From Candidatus Bathyarchaeota archaeon (lineage in GTDB: Archaea; Thermoproteota; Bathyarchaeia; Bathyarchaeales; Bathycorpusculaceae), in contig CAWEPZ010000011.1 in NCBI GenBank assembly GCA_963811105.1, positions 1,088,001-1,152,000 on the forward strand: a stretch of DNA of 64,000 nt. The letters run 5' to 3'. Every line of letters begins with the position of its first letter. The stretch's first letter is position 1. Position numbers and translations under genes: made by a program. The notes below the pieces were generated by a model that made no database searches, was not told the DNA's origin, and saw only the letters and a list, made by a program, of their open reading frames with translations. Below are positions 62,340 through 64,000 of the stretch, piece after piece.

Positions 62340-62744
62340 ATGAAAAAGAAAGTGTTCATATCAGGACCCATTCTGGGCATGGAAAACAATCAAAACTACC
62401 GACAAAAAATCTCTGAAATCATTGTCAAAGCAGGGTTTGACGTTATTGATCCGTGGCTTCGGGAGAGAATTCTCTATAATGGCGACGAAAGATGCTGGTG
62501 GGACAAAGTTCCGACATTTGATTTCGTTCAAAGAGACTTAGACGATGCTGCCAGATGCGACGTCATGGTAGTTTATTTGCCAATACTGTCGGCTGGGGCT
62601 TGTATGGAGCTTTTTTATGCTAAACGCAAAGGCAAGAAAATCATTGTAGTGTCGGAGATTGCGTGTTTAAGCCCTTGGATTATAGCGCATTCCGACATGG
62701 TACTAAAAAATTTTGACCAGCTTGCAGAAGAACTGAAAAAATAG
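62340..62744 (+). CDS. Nucleoside 2-deoxyribosyltransferase family protein
   Basis: VFISGP, DP, RDL...CD, SAG..MEL.YA. Confidence 0.8.
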   Translation: MKKKVFISGPILGMENNQNYRQKISEIIVKAGFDVIDPWLRERILYNGDERCWWDKVPTFDFVQRDLDDAARCDVMVVYLPILSAGACMELFYAKRKGKKIIVVSEIACLSPWIIAHSDMVLKNFDQLAEELKK

Positions 62745-62828
62745 AACCCTAAAAATGTTTTTGCTTCTAATTATTTCTAAGTAATTATAGAAGCACTGCT
62801 TTGACGAATTGTTTTTTGGTGTTTTGAC

Positions 62829-62999
62829 TTATCTTATGGCTTCGTCTATTCTTGAATCACGCTTGGTTCTTGTGACTTCCTTGAAAAGTTCCAAGCATTC
62901 TTCCTTGGTGGGTGCTTCGATCCCAATGCTACCATAAGCACCTATGTCAATTCTATATTTTCTGTCTTTTCTCTCTCTATCCTCAACCTGCGGTTCCGT
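62829..62999 (-). CDS. Possible small protein lacking a canonical start codon
   Basis: Open frame TEPQVEDRERKDRKYRIDIGAYGSIGIEAPTKEECLELFKEVTRTKRDSRIDEAIR after SD-like GAGGGGGAG. Confidence 0.35.
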   Translation of the reverse strand, partial: TEPQVEDRERKDRKYRIDIGAYGSIGIEAPTKEECLELFKEVTRTKRDSRIDEAIR

Positions 63000-63064
63000 A
63001 AACTTCTCCCCCTCTTATTAGCCCTATATGGACAGTAGATTATTAGTAAATTAATGTGTACGGC

Positions 63065-63838
63065 TTATAAGTTTAATGCCGTTTCACCGATAAGTTCCGC
63101 AGTCTTTTTCGGATTATAAACAATGAAAACAGCGTTTCTCATGTATCTACCAACTACGGAAACCAACCCAGCAGCATCAGTACCAAGCTTACAAGTTAAT
63201 GCATGCTCAAACATGCCTAGCGACTCAGTAGCAATGACATCTCGGTTCAACCTCGTCCGCTCAAGCACTAATTCAACCTCGCTTAGCGAAGCGCCCAAAA
63301 TGATTAACCGGTCCAAAAGCGAATCATGCCAAACCTGGATTCTCTCCAATTGCGCCAAGGAAAGTTCTGCCTGCAAAACTTCGTCATCTATCTCTACAAC
63401 TTTTATGCTCAAAGGTAAGTTTTCACGAAAACCATAGATTTCCGAGATTTTTTTCAAGCCAATTTTTCTGCCGTCTGCAAGTTGGGCCTGCAGATAGTTT
63501 AGTGGAATTACAGCTTGAATTATCTTAGGTTCAAAAACGCCGACATCCACTCTCAATTCATTTTTGACATCATCTATCCCGGAAATGTAACCATTCAAAA
63601 CCAAAAACTTTTGAACATTTTTTATGCTTATAGGGCAAGTGCCGATTTTTTGATTGATGTAGCTTGTAGCGATGGCTTCATCTTCGCCGCTAAGAGAAAC
63701 CTGAACCCACTTGTTAACTGGAGTTCCTAAAATCTTAACATCTAAACTTAACTGGCTAAATTCAGCATTCAAAGAGTCCTCTATTTGTTTTAGATGGCGA
63801 GCATTGGAAGCTTTAACAAGCAAAGTTAATGTCGTCAT
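63065..63838 (-). CDS. DUF2110 family protein
   Basis: Archaeal conserved pattern (GEDE..A, LRVDVG, LG.FEH.L.CK.GTDA.G). Confidence 0.75.
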   Translation of the reverse strand: MTTLTLLVKASNARHLKQIEDSLNAEFSQLSLDVKILGTPVNKWVQVSLSGEDEAIATSYINQKIGTCPISIKNVQKFLVLNGYISGIDDVKNELRVDVGVFEPKIIQAVIPLNYLQAQLADGRKIGLKKISEIYGFRENLPLSIKVVEIDDEVLQAELSLAQLERIQVWHDSLLDRLIILGASLSEVELVLERTRLNRDVIATESLGMFEHALTCKLGTDAAGLVSVVGRYMRNAVFIVYNPKKTAELIGETALNL

Positions 63839-63839
63839 T

Positions 63840-64000
63840 TCAATTGCCCAGTAGAGTAGTTATTTCCTCATGAAGCTTTCTAACTCTTTCAGCAGCATCT
63901 TTATGCTCAATTCGAAGCCGCTCAATCTCCAAGTCAATAGTGACTCTCTTTGACTGATCTATTAGTTTATCGGCATATGAGACAATTTTCTCCTCCAAAG
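63840..64000 (-). CDS. HD-domain protein (TIGR00295-like), 3' part
   Basis: LEEKIVSYADKL motif on manual translation. Confidence 0.75.
   Translation of the reverse strand, partial: LEEKIVSYADKLIDQSKRVTIDLEIERLRIEHKDAAERVRKLHEEITTLLGN

Noticed and set aside
1-64000. CRISPR array
   Set aside because: No run of 3 or more regularly spaced repeats seen; the only DNA repeats found are att sites, IS ends and one 49-bp pair.

Overview
Archaeal chromosomal window. Gene content and style suggest Bathyarchaeia (inference): aIF-2 alpha, PQQ-like beta-propeller surface proteins, form III RuBisCO, Crenarchaeota-like HisG, CTP-dependent riboflavin kinase and DUF2110. The left part holds an integration hotspot at a divergent tRNA-Leu(TAG)/tRNA-Thr(GGT) pair. 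A ~2.75 kb tyrosine-integrase mini-element carries unannotated divergent RHH-like genes and a zinc-finger microprotein. A ~7.4 kb element with an SSV1-type split integrase carries an IS5-family insertion and two copies of an unusual module: a small membrane-protein paralog divergent from an HTH plus nuclease-fold protein, one of which also has a P-loop ATPase. The remainder is mostly core genome: a protein-glycosylation trio, the full AMP/pentose-bisphosphate pathway (R15P isomerase, RuBisCO III, AMP phosphorylase) next to a GH3 adenylating enzyme, and NfnAB coupled or possibly fused to a tandem ferredoxin-MvhD protein. It also has TrxR, a rubredoxin-pyruvate oxidase fusion, initiator tRNA, a candidate C/D box sRNA, the his operon, acdA, ino1, gcvH, YHS-glgP, bacterioferritin and tRNA-Val. 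Many single-base frameshifts between ~10.8 and 34 kb may be long-read errors rather than true pseudogenes. All family calls come from motif recognition by eye, not database searches.
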